Shown piece by piece: positions 40,701 to 53,700 of a stretch of 64,000 nt of DNA; positions within the stretch are counted from its first letter, which is position 1; each line of letters starts with the position of its first letter. The stretch lies in NCBI GenBank assembly GCA_051362555.1, contig CM120644.1:20358534-20422533 (forward strand). Reading direction: 5' to 3'. The notes under the pieces are model-generated. The model saw nothing but the letters and a program-made list of their open reading frames with translations. It had not been told where the DNA came from and ran no database searches. The translations under genes and the position numbers were made by a program. The DNA comes from Lingula anatina. Its lineage: Eukaryota > Animalia > Brachiopoda.

Positions 40701-43700
40701 AAGATGACCAATTGTCTGTGTCTTATGAAAAATATTTTTTTCAGACAATATATTTGAGAGATCTGAAAATTACACTAAAAACAATTTCAAATTCCATCGT
40801 TAAAAATAGTTAAACATTAATCATTTTAACAAGTCCTGTCCAATGTTTTTCAAATTTGTACAAATGATGCTTTACAACAATAAAAATCTGGGATAAGCTG
40901 ATCAGTTGACTGTATCTAATGAAGAGTGTTTTTTAGGACAATATACTTGAGAAAACTCAAAATTACACTGAAAAGACTGGGAAATCGCAGGACTTAAAAT
41001 AGTTAAACGTGAATAATTTTGTCAAATCTGGTTCAATATTTCTGAAATTTATACAAATGATGCCTAACAACAATAAAAGTCTGTGATAAGATGATCAGTT
41101 GTCTGTGTTTGTTTTAAGTGTCAAGTTTATTGGAAATTCATAATCAGAAGAATGTGACTATAAACTAAATCAAATATTTCAATATTGCAATATATATTTC
41201 ACTGTAAAAGAAAACAGCAAATGTGATGATTTGTGTTTGTTTGTGAAGGAAGTTGCAAATTACCTATAACTCTCATCTAGAAAACAATATATACTCATAC
41301 AAGACTTCTCCTTACTACCAATGCCAGATGCAGATGACGCCTTACAATGGGTTTCTGGAATCCGCCTGTTAGGACAATTTTTGACAATGTCCTAAATCTT
41401 GCAACATATCATGTATTGTTCACATGGATAACACATAGCACTGCTCTTGCTGCTGATTTGCACTGCCTGCCTTTTCGTGTTAAGGGTACTCTGGAAAAAC
41501 AACAATGTAACTGATAAAACTGAAAATAACACTGAAAAGACTGGCAAATTACATGACTTGAAATAGTTAATTGTTAATAATTTTGTCAAATCTAGTCTAA
41601 TATTTCTGATATTTGTACAAATGATGCTTAACAACAATAAAAACCTGTGATAAGCTGATCAAGTGACTGTATTAAATGAAAAGTGATTTTTAGGACAATA
41701 TATTTGAGAAATCCGAAAATTACACTGAAAACAATTTCAAATTCCATCGTTAAAAATAGTTAAACATTAATCAATTTGACACATCTTGTCCAATGTTTCT
41801 CAAATTTGTACAAATGATGCTTTACAACAATAAAAATCTGGGATAAGCTGATCAGTTGACTGTATCTAATGAAGAGTGTTTTTTAGGACAATATACTTGA
41901 GAAAACTCAAAATTACACTGAAAAGACTGGGAAATCACAGGACTTAAAATAGTTAAACGTGAATAATTTTGTCAAATGATGCCTAACAACAATAAAAGTC
42001 TGTGATAAGATGATCAGTTGTCTGTGTTTGTTTTAAGTGTCAAGTTTATTGGAAATTCATAATCAGAAGAATGTGACTATAAACTAAATCAAATATTTCA
42101 ATATTGCAATATATATTTCACAGTAAAAGAAAACAGCAAATGTGATGATTTGTGTTTGTTTGTGAAGGAAGTTGCAAATTACCTATAACTCTCATCTAGA
42201 AAACAATATATACTCATACAAGACTTCTCCTTACTACCAATGCCAGATGCAGATGACGCCTTACAATGGGTTTCTGGAATCCGCCTGTTAGGACAATTTT
42301 TGACAATGTCCTAAATCTTGCAACATATCATGTATTGTTCACATGGATAACACATAGCACTGCTCTTGCTGCTGATTTGCACTGCCTGCCTTTTCGTGTT
42401 AAGGGTACTCTGGAAAAACAACAATGTAACTGATAAAACTGAAAATAACACTGAAAAGACTGGCAAATTACATGACTTGAAATAGTTAATTGTTAATAAT
42501 TTTGTCAAATCTAGTCTAATATTTCTGATATTTGTACAAATGATGCTTAACAACAATAAAAACCTGTGATAAGCTGATCAAGTGACTGTATTAAATGAAA
42601 AGTGATTTTTAGGACAATATATTTGAGAAATCCGAAAATTACACTGAAAACAATTTCAAATTCCATCGTTAAAAATAGTTAAACATTAATCAATTTGACA
42701 CATCTTGTCCAATGTTTCTCAAATTTGTACAAATGATGCTTTACAACAATAAAAATCTGGGATAAGCTGATCAGTTGACTGTATCTAATGAAGAGTGTTT
42801 TTTAGGACAATATACTTGAGAAAACTCAAAATTACACTGAAAAGACTGGGAAATCACAGGACTTAAAATAGTTAAACGTGAATAATTTTGTCAAATGATG
42901 CCTAACAACAATAAAAGTCTGTGATAAGATGATCAGTTGTCTGTGTTTGTTTTAAGTGTCAAGTTTATTGGAAATTCATAATCAGAAGAATGTGACTATA
43001 AACTAAATCAAATATTTCAATATTGCAATATATATTTCACAGTAAAAGAAAACAGCAAATGTGATGATTTGTGTTTGTTTGTGAAGGAAGTTGCAAATTA
43101 CCTATAACTCTCATCTAGAAAACAATATATACTCATACAAGACTTCTCCTTACTACCAATGCCAGATGCAGATGACGCCTTACAATGGGTTTCTGGAATC
43201 CGCCTGTTTGGACAATTTTTGACAATGTCCTAAATCTTGCAACATATCATGTATTGTTCACATGGATAACACATAGCACTGCTCTTGCTGCTGATTTGCA
43301 CTGCCTGCCTTTTCGTGTTAAGGGTACTCTGGAAAAACAACAATGTAACTGATAAAACTGAAAATAACACTGAAAAGACTGGCAAATTACATGACTTGAA
43401 ATAGTTAAACGTGAATAATTTTGTCAAATCTAGTCTAATATTTCTGATATTTGTACAAATGATGCTTAACAACAATAAAAACCTGTGATACGCTGATCAA
43501 GTGACTGTATTAAATGAAAAGTGATTTTTAGGACAATATATTTGAGAAATCCGAAAATTACACTGAAAACAATTTCAAATTCCATCGTTAAAAATAGTTA
43601 AACATTAATCAATTTGACACATCTTGTCCAATGTTTCTCAAATTTGTACAAATGATGCTTTACAACAATAAAAATCTGGGATAAGCTGATCAGTTGACTG

Positions 43701-43860
43701 TATCTAATGAAGAGTGTTTTTTAGGACAATATACTTGAGAAAACTCAAAATTACACTGAAAAGACTGGGAAATCACAGGACTTAAAATAGTTAAACGTGA
43801 ATAATTTTGTCAAATATGGTTCAATATTTCTGAAATTTGTACAAATGATGCCTAACAACA

Positions 43861-46800
43861 ACTAGAGGATCAGAGAGGCGATACCGCCTCCAAATATTGT
43901 ACCACCAGCTGGAGCAAACGCATTCGTATAGACCCCCACATACACAAAATAAGGGACACAGCCACCAGTTTTGTGCTTGACAAGCTGTAAAAATGCAATC
44001 AACAAGAATTTTTTAACTATTGCAAAAAATATATATGGTACAATCAAATTTAAGTTCTTCGTAAGGTAGGTCAAGGGTCAATTTCAAGGTCACAGTAAAT
44101 TGCCAGTATATGACTTCCTATTCAAGTTCAAGAGTAACTATGGACCTATCTCTGTCAAGTTTGAAGTTAAAAGAGAAAGAAATTAGCAGAGTTCAGTTCA
44201 TGATAAAAAGTAGGTCAAAGGTCAATTTCAAGGTCACACTTAGATTGCCAGTATAGGACTTCCTATTCAACTTCAATAGTAACTATGGACCTATCTCAGC
44301 CAGTTTTGGAGATAAAAGGGAAGTAAAATTTGCAAAATTCAGTTCATGGTGAAAAGTAGGTCAAAGGTCAATTTCAAGGTCACATTTAGATTGCCAGTAT
44401 ATGACTTTCTATTCAAGTTCAATAGTAACTATGGACCTATCTCTGCCAGTTTTGGAGATAAAAGGGAAGAAAAATTTGCAAAGTTCAGTTTATGGTGAAA
44501 AGTAGGACAAAGGTCAATTTTAATGTCACATTTATAATGCCAGTATATGACTTCCTATTCAAGTTCAATAGTAACTACGTACCTATCTCAGCCAGTTTTG
44601 GAGATAAAAGGAAAGCAAAATTTGCAAAATCCAGTTCATGGTGTAAAGTAGGTCAAAGGTCAATTTTAAGGTCACATTTAGATTGCCAGTATATAACTTC
44701 CTATTCAAGTTCAATAGTAACTATGGACCTATCTCTGCCAGTTTTGGAGATAAAAGGGAAGCAAATTTTGCAAAATTCAGTTCATGGTGTAAAGTAGGTC
44801 AAAGGTCAATTTTAATGTCACATTTAGATTGCCAGTATATGACTTCCTATTCAAGTTCAATAGTAACTACGGACCTATCTCAGCCAGTTTTGGAGATAAA
44901 AGGAAAGCAAAATTTGCAAAATTCAGTTCATGGTGAAAAGTAGGTCAAAGGTCAATTTTAATGTCACATATAGATTGCCAGTATATGACTTCCTATTCAA
45001 GTTCAATAGTAACTACGGACCTATCTCTGCCAGTTTTGGAGATAAAAGGAAAGCAAAATTTGCAAAATTCAGTTCATGGTGTAAAGTAGGTCAAAGGTCA
45101 ATTTTAAGGTCACATTTAGATTGCCAGTATATGACTTCCTTTTCAAGTTCAATAGTAACTATGGACCTATCTCTGCCAGTTTTGGAGATAAAAGGGAAGC
45201 AAATTTTGCAAAATTCAGTTCATGGTGTAAAGTAGGTCAAAGGTCAATTTTAAGGTCACATTAAGATTGCCAGTATATGACTTCCTTTTCAAGTTCAATA
45301 GTAACTATGGACCTATCCCTGCCAGTTTTGGAGATAAAAGGGCAGAAAAGTTTGCAAAGTTCAGTTCATGGTGAAAAGTAGGTCAAAGGTCAATTTCAAG
45401 GTCACATTTAGATTGCCAGTATATGACTTCCTATTCAAGTTCAATAGTAACTATGGACCTATCTCTGCCAGTTTTGGAGATAAAAGGGAAGCAAAATTTG
45501 CAAAGTTCAGTTTATGGTGAAAAGTAGGTCAAAGGTCAATTTTAAGGTCACATTTAGATTGCCAGTATATGACTTCCTATTCAAGTTCAATAGTAACTAC
45601 GGACCTATCTCAGCCAGTTTTGGAGATAAAAGGAAAGCAAAATTTGCAAAATTCAGTTCATGGTGTAAAGTAGGTCAAAGGTCAATTTTAAGGTCACATT
45701 TAGATTGCCAGTATATGACTTCCTATTCAACTTCAATAGTAACTATGGACCTATCTCTGCCAGTTTTGGAGATAAAAGGGAAGAAAAATTTGCAAAGTTC
45801 AGTTTATGGTGAAAAGTAGGTCAAAGGTCAATTTTAAGGTCACATTTAGATTGCCAGTATATGACTTCCTATTCAAGTTCAATAGTAACTACGGACCTAT
45901 CTCAGCCAGTTTTGGAGATAAAAGGAAAGCAAAATTTGCAAAATTCAGTTCATGGTGAAAAGTAGGTCAAAGGTCAATTTTAATGTCACATATAGATTGC
46001 CAGTATATGACTTCCTATTCAAGTTCAATAGTAACTACGGACCTATCTCAGCCAGTTTTGGAGATAAAAGGAAAGCAAAATTTGCAAAATTCAGTTCATG
46101 GTGTAAAGTAGGTCAAAGGTCAATTTTAAGGTCACATTTAGATTGCCAGTATATGACTTCCTATTCAAGTTCAATAGTAACTATGGACCTATCTCTGCCA
46201 GTTTTGGAGATAAAAGGGAAGCAAATTTTGCAAAATTCAGTTCATGGTGTAAAGTAGGTCAAAGGTCAATTTTAAGGTCACATTTAGATTGCCAGTATAT
46301 GACTTCCTATTCAAGTTCAATAGTAACTACGGACCTATCTCAGCCAGTTTTGGAAATAAAAGGAAAGCAAAATTTGCAAAATTCAGTTCATGGTGAAAAG
46401 TAGGTCAAAGGTCAATTTTAATGTCACATATAGATTGCCAGTATATGACTTCCTATTCAAGTTCAATAGTAACTACGGACCTATCTCTGCCAGTTTTGGA
46501 GATAAAAGGAAAGCAAAATTTGCAAAATTCAGTTCATGGTGTAAAGTAGGTCAAAGGTCAATTTTAAGGTCACATTTAGATTGCCAGTATATGACTTCCT
46601 ATTCAAGTTCAATAGTAACTATGGACCTATCTCTGCCAGTTTTGGAGATAAAAGGGAAGAAAAATTTGCAAAGTTCAGTTCATGGTGAAAAGTAGGTCAA
46701 AGGTCAATTTCAAGGTCATAGTAAGATTGCCAGTATATGACTTCCTATTCAACTTCAATAGTAACTATGGACCTATCTCTGCCAGTTTTGGAGATATAAG

Positions 46801-47783
46801 GGACTAGATGTTATAATTTTGGAGTTACCATAATGTGCCTTAAATTTCGTACAGAAAAAATTAATTAAAATAAAGAAAATGTCATTTTGGTCAAAATTCT
46901 TGAAATAGGAGGTGCTCTGAAGTTTCAGAAGTTCAAATTTGATGAAATAATGTCATTTTTGAACACAAGTTGTCTGCTTTGCCAAGCCTTATGTTTTATT
47001 TTTCCAGAGTTCAAAATTTATTATCCATTACCGTACTGCACATTTTGCTTTTACCACCAATATGTACTTTTTGATACAGCGTAACTCGGAAACCGTATGG
47101 AATACAAAAAAACCGAGACCACCTCCAGTGTTGGGCTTTACATGCTCTACAAAATGCAAAAAAGAATGGGTCTCTAGCATTAACGGTTCCCGAATTAGAG
47201 GCAGTTTTCAGTTTCGGTATCTTATGGCCGCTACTCCCGTGAAAATGCACCGATTGACCCCAAATTCATGGAGATGAAAGATGACCTGACGGGTAACACT
47301 TTCCAATAATATTATTGGTTAAGTCTGTGTGGTGTCTGAATAACAGGGCAAAAAAAATTTTTTTCGTAAAAAATTTCATTATTTTGAAAATTTTGGCCCA
47401 TTTGACCTTGAAGGAGAGGTCAAAGGTCAAATCCAAGGGTATATTTGAAATCTACACATATGACTTTTGGAAAGCCGTCTATAGAAATTTTTCCCATAAC
47501 TCCTTCCGTAGGGTAGATAATTAGCATTTAATTTTGCCATTTTTAGACAAGGGTGCATTGCAATGAGTGCCACACCCAGACCCCAATACCGACAAAGCCC
47601 AAATTTTACGTGGAACGAGTTGAGATTATAGGTGACCTAAATCCATGAGATGGGTACGGGGGCCCTTACCGTCTAGGAGGAGAAGCGGTAACGGTAGCCG
47701 TCCGGCGGAGCCGGCGGAGCCGGCGGAACGATCCGGACGGGACCGAAACCATGTGTACCGCCAGCGCTAACGCTGGTGGTACA
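43861..47783 (-). mobile_element. Non-autonomous Helentron-associated element (HINE/DINE-1-like), 3923 bp
   Basis: Inserted without TSD between two T's (minus strand) of host AACAACA|ATAAAAG; removal restores a 1337-bp unit. SubTIRs ATTGTACCACCAGC (43896-43909) / GCTGGTGGTACAAT (47772-47785); 5' hairpin 47754-47783; (CCGGCGGAG)n microsatellite ~47702-47727; 3' hairpin GAGGCG-ATAC-CGCCTC (43875-43890) followed by terminal CTAGT. Confidence 0.85.
44064..46800. repeat. ~19 tandem 146-bp central repeats of the HINE element
   Basis: Monomer AAAGTAGGTCAAAGGTCAATTTYAAGGTCACATTTAGATTGCCAGTATATGACTTCC...; ORF-track offsets of 438 and 584 are multiples of 146. A degenerate copy lies at ~47415. Confidence 0.95.
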
Positions 47784-50700
47784 ATAAAAGTCTGTGATAA
47801 GATGACCAGTTGTCTGTGTCTTATGAAAAATATTTTTTTCAGACAATATATTTGAGAAATCTCAAAATTACACTAAAAACACTTTCAAATTCCATCGTTA
47901 AAAATAGTTAAACATTAATCATTTTAACAAGTCCTGTCCAATGTTTTTCAAATTTGTACAAATGATGCATAACAACAATAAAAACCTGGGATAAGCTGAT
48001 CAGTTGACTGTATCTAATGAAAAGTGTTTTTTAGGACAATATACTTGAGAAAACTGAAAATTACACTGAAAAGACTGGGAAATCGCAGGACTTAAAATAG
48101 TTAAACGTGAATAATTTTGTCAAATCTGGTTCAATATTTCTGAAATTTATACAAATGATGCCTAACAACAATAAAAGTCTGTGATAAGATGATCAGTTGT
48201 CTGTGTTTGTTTTAAGTGTCAAGTTTATTGGAAATTTATAATCAGAAGAATGTGACAATAAACTAAATCAAATATTTCAATATTGCAATATATATTTCAC
48301 AGTAAAAGAAAACAGCAAATGTGATGATTTGTGTTTGTTTGTGAAGGAAGTTGCAAATTACCTATAACTCTCATCTAGAAAACAATATATACTCATACAA
48401 GACTTCTCCTTACTACCAATGCCAGATGCAGATGACGCCTTACAATGGGTTTCTGGAATCCGCCTGTTAGGACAATTTTTGACAATGTCCTAAATCTTGC
48501 AACATACCATGTATTGTTCACATGGATAACACATAGCACTGCTCTTGCTGCTGATTTGCACTGCCTGCCTTTTCGTGTTAAGGGTACTCTGGAAAAACAA
48601 CAATGTAACTGATAAAACTGAAAATAACACTGAAAAGACTGGCAAATTACATGACTTGAAATAGTTAATTGTTAATAATTTTGTCAAATCTAGTCTAATA
48701 TTTCTGATATTTGTACAAATGATGCTTAACAACAATAAAAACCTGTGATAAGCTGATCAAGTGACTGTATTAAATGAAAAGTGATTTTTAGGACAATATA
48801 TTTGAGAAATCCGAAAATTACACTGAAAACAATTTCAAATTCCATCGTTAAAAATAGTTAAACATTAATCAATTTGACACATCTTGTCCAATGTTTCTCA
48901 AATTTGTACAAATGATGCTTTACAACAATAAAAATCTGGGATAAGCTGATCAGTTGACTGTATCTAATGAAGAGTGTTTTTTAGGACAATATACTTGAGA
49001 AAACTCAAAATTACACTGAAAAGACTGGGAAATCACAGGACTTAAAATAGTTAAACGTGAATAATTTTGTCAAATGATGCCTAACAACAATAAAAGTCTG
49101 TGATAAGATGATCAGTTGTCTGTGTTTGTTTTAAGTGTCAAGTTTATTGGAAATTCATAATCAGAAGAATGTGACTATAAACTAAATCAAATATTTCAAT
49201 ATTGCAATATATATTTCACTGTAAAAGAAAACAGCAAATGTGATGATTTGTGTTTGTTTGTGAAGGAAGTTGCAAATTACCTATAACTCTCATCTAGAAA
49301 ACAATATATACTCATACAAGACTTCTCCTTACTACCAATGCCAGATGCAGATGACGCCTTACAATGGGTTTCTGGAATCCGCCTGTTAGGACAATTTTTG
49401 ACAATGTCCTAAATCTTGCAACATATCATGTATTGTTCACATGGATAACACATAGCACTGCTCTTGCTGCTGATTTGCACTGCCTGCCTTTTCGTGTTAA
49501 GGGTACTCTGGAAAAACAACAATGTAACTGATAAAACTGAAAATAACACTGAAAAGACTGGCAAATTACATGACTTGAAATAGTTAAACGTGAATAATTT
49601 TGTCAAATCTAGTCTAATATTTCTGATATTTGTACAAATGATGCTTAACAACAATAAAAACCTGTGATACGCTGATCAAGTGACTGTATTAAATGAAAAG
49701 TGATTTTTAGGACAATATATTTGAGAAATCCGAAAATTACACTGAAAACAATTTCAAATTCCATCGTTAAAAATAGTTAAACATTAATCAATTTGACACA
49801 TCTTGTCCAATGTTTCTCAAATTTGTACAAATGATGCTTAACAACAATAAAAATCTGGGATAAGCTGATCAGTTGACTGTATCTAATGAAGAGTGTTTTT
49901 TAGGACAATATACTTGAGAAAACTCAAAATTACACTGAAAAGACTGGGAAATCACAGGACTTAAAATAGTTAAACGTGAATAATTTTGTCAAATATGGTT
50001 CAATATTTCTGAAATTTGTACAAATGATGCCTAACAACAATAAAAGTCTGTGATAAGATGACCAGTTGTCTGTGTCTTATGAAAAATATTTTTTTCAGAC
50101 AATATATTTGAGAAATCTCAAAATTACACTAAAAACACTTTCAAATTCCATCGTTAAAAATAGTTAAACATTAATCATTTTAACAAGTCCTGTCCAATGT
50201 TTTTCAAATTTGTACAAATGATGCATAACAACAATAAAAACCTGGGATAAGCTGATCAGTTGACTGTATCTAATGAAAAGTGTTTTTTAGGACAATATAC
50301 TTGAGAAAACTGAAAATTACACTGAAAAGACTGGGAAATCGCAGGACTTAAAATAGTTAAACGTGAATAATTTTGTCAAATCTGGTTCAATATTTCTGAA
50401 ATTTATACAAATGATGCCTAACAACAATAAAAGTCTGTGATAAGATGATCAGTTGTCTGTGTTTGTTTTAAGTGTCAAGTTTATTGGAAATTTATAATCA
50501 GAAAAATGTGACAATAAACTAAATCAAATATTTCAATATTGCAATATATATTTCACAGTAAAAGAAAACAGCAAATGTGATGATTTGTGTTTGTTTGTGA
50601 AGGAAGTTGCAAATTACCTATAACTCTCATCTAGAAAACAATATATACTCATACAAGACTTCTCCTTACTACCAATGCCAGATGCAGATGAAGCCTTACA

Positions 50701-53700
50701 ATGGGTTTCTGGAATCCACCTGTTAGGACAATTTTTGACAATGTCCTAAATCTTGCAACATATCATGTATTGTTCACATGGATAACACATAGCACTGCTC
50801 TTGCTGCTGATTTGCACTGCCTGCCTTTTCGTGTTAAGGGTACTCTGGAAAAACAACAATGTAACTGATAAAACTGAAAATAACACTGAAAAGACTGGCA
50901 AATTACATGACTTGAAATAGTTAATTGTTAATAATTTTGTCAAATCTAGTCTAATATTTCTGATATTTGTACAAATGATGCTTAACAACAATAAAAACCT
51001 GTGATAAGCTGATCAAGTGACTGTATTAAATGAAAAGTGATTTTAAGGACAATATATTTGAGAAATCCGAAAATTACACTAAAAACAATTTCAAATTCCA
51101 TCGTTAAAAATAGTTAAACATTAATCAATTTGACACATCTTGTCCAATGTTTCTCAAATTTGTACAAATGATGCTTTACAACAATAAAAATTTGGGATAA
51201 GCTGATCAGTTGACTGTATCTAATGAAGAGTGTTTTTTAGGACAATATACTTGAGAAAACTCAAAATTACACTGAAAAGACTGGGAAATCACAGGACTTA
51301 AAATAGTTAAACGTGAATAATTTTGTCAAATGATGCCTAACAACAATAAAAGTCTGTGATAAGATGATCAGTTGTCTGTGTTTGTTTTAAGTGTCAAGTT
51401 TATTGGAAATTCATAATCAGAAGAATGTGACTATAAACTAAATCAAATATTTCAATATTGCAATATATATTTCACAGTAATAGAAAACAGCAAATGTGAT
51501 GATTTGTGTTTGTTTGTGAAGGAAGTTGCAAATTACCTATAACTCTCATCTAGAAAACAATATATACTCATACAAGACTTCTTCTTACTTCTAATGCCAG
51601 ATGCAGATGACGCCTTACAATGGGTTTCTGGAATCCGCCTGTTAGGACAATTTTTGACAATGTCCTAAATCTTGCAACATATCATGTATTGTTCACATGG
51701 ATAACACATAGCACTGCTCTTGCTGCTGATTTGCACTGCCTGCCTTTTCGTGTTAAGGGTACTTTGGAAAAACAACAATGTAACTGATAAAACTGAAAAT
51801 AACACTGAAAAGACTGGCAAATTACATGACTTGAAATAGTTAAACGTGAATAATTTTGTCAAATCTAGTCTAATATTTCTGATATTTGTACAAATGATGC
51901 TTAACAACAATAAAAACCTGGGATAAGCTGATCAGTTGACTGTATCTAATGAAAAGTGTTTTTTAGGACAATATACTTGAGAAAACTCAAAATTACACTG
52001 AAAAGACTGGGAAATCACAGGACTTAAAATAGTTAAACGTGAATAATTTTGTCAAATCTGGTTCAATATTTCTGAAATTTGTACAAATGATGCCAATCAA
52101 CAATAAAAGTCTGTGATAAGATGACCAGTTGTCTGTGTCTTATGAAAAATATTTTTTTCAGACAATATATTTGAGAAATCCGAAAATTACACTAAAAACA
52201 CTTTCAAATTCCATCGTTAAAAATAGTTAAACATTATTCATTTTAACAAGTCCTGTCCAATGTTTTTCAAATTTGTACAAATGATGCTTTACAACAATAA
52301 AAATCTGGGATAAGCTGATCAGTTGACTGTATCTAATGAAGAGTGTTTTTTAGGACAATATACTTGAGAAAACTCAAAATTACAATGAAAAGACTGGGAA
52401 ATCGCAGGACTTAAAATAGTTAAACGTGAATAATTTTGTCAAATCTGGTTCAATATTTCTGAAATTTATACAAATGATGCCTAACAACAATAAAAGTCTG
52501 TGATAAGATGATCAGTTGTCTGTGTTTGTTTTAAGTGTCAAGTTTATTGGAAATTTATAATCAGAAGAATGTGACAATAAACTAAATCAAATATTTCAAT
52601 ATTGCAATATATATTTCACAGTAAAAGAAAACAGCAAATGTGATGATTTGTGTTTGTTTGTGAAGGAAGTTGCAAATTACCTATAACTCTCATCTAGAAA
52701 ACAATATATACTCATACAAGACTTCTCCTTACTACCAATGCCAGATGCAGATGACGCCTTACAATGGGTTTCTGGAATCCGCCTGTTAGGACAATTTTTG
52801 ACAATGTCCTAAATCTTGCAACATACCATGTATTGTTCACATGGATAACACATAGCACTGCTCTTGCTGCTGATTTGCACTGCCTGCCTTTTCGTGTTAA
52901 GGGTACTCTGGAAAAACAACAATGTAACTGATAAAACTGAAAATAACACTGAAAAGACTGGCAAATTACATGACTTGAAATAGTTAATTGTTAATAATTT
53001 TGTCAAATCTAGTCTAATATTTCTGATATTTGTACAAATGATGCTTAACAACAATAAAAACCTGTGATAAGCTGATCAAGTGACTGTATTAAATGAAAAG
53101 TGATTTTTAGGACAATATATTTGAGAAATCCGAAAATTACACTGAAAACAATTTCAAATTCCATCGTTAAAAATAGTTAAACATTAATCAATTTGACACA
53201 TCTTGTCCAATGTTTCTCAAATTTGTACAAATGATGCTTTACAACAATAAAAATCTGGGATAAGCTGATCAGTTGACTGTATCTAATGAAGAGTGTTTTT
53301 TAGGACAATATACTTGAGAAAACTCAAAATTACACTGAAAAGACTGGGAAATCACAGGACTTAAAATAGTTAAACGTGAATAATTTTGTCAAATGATGCC
53401 TAACAACAATAAAAGTCTGTGATAAGATGATCAGTTGTCTGTGTTTGTTTTAAGTGTCAAGTTTATTGGAAATTCATAATCAGAAGAATGTGACTATAAA
53501 CTAAATCAAATATTTCAATATTGCAATATATATTTCACTGTAAAAGAAAACAGCAAATGTGATGATTTGTGTTTGTTTGTGAAGGAAGTTGCAAATTACC
53601 TATAACTCTCATCTAGAAAACAATATATACTCATACAAGACTTCTCCTTACTACCAATGCCAGATGCAGATGACGCCTTACAATGGGTTTCTGGAATCCG

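Noticed and set aside
44492-46695. 86-101 aa ORFs in the 146-bp repeats
   Set aside because: The period is not divisible by 3, so frames rotate and terminate; no protein motif.
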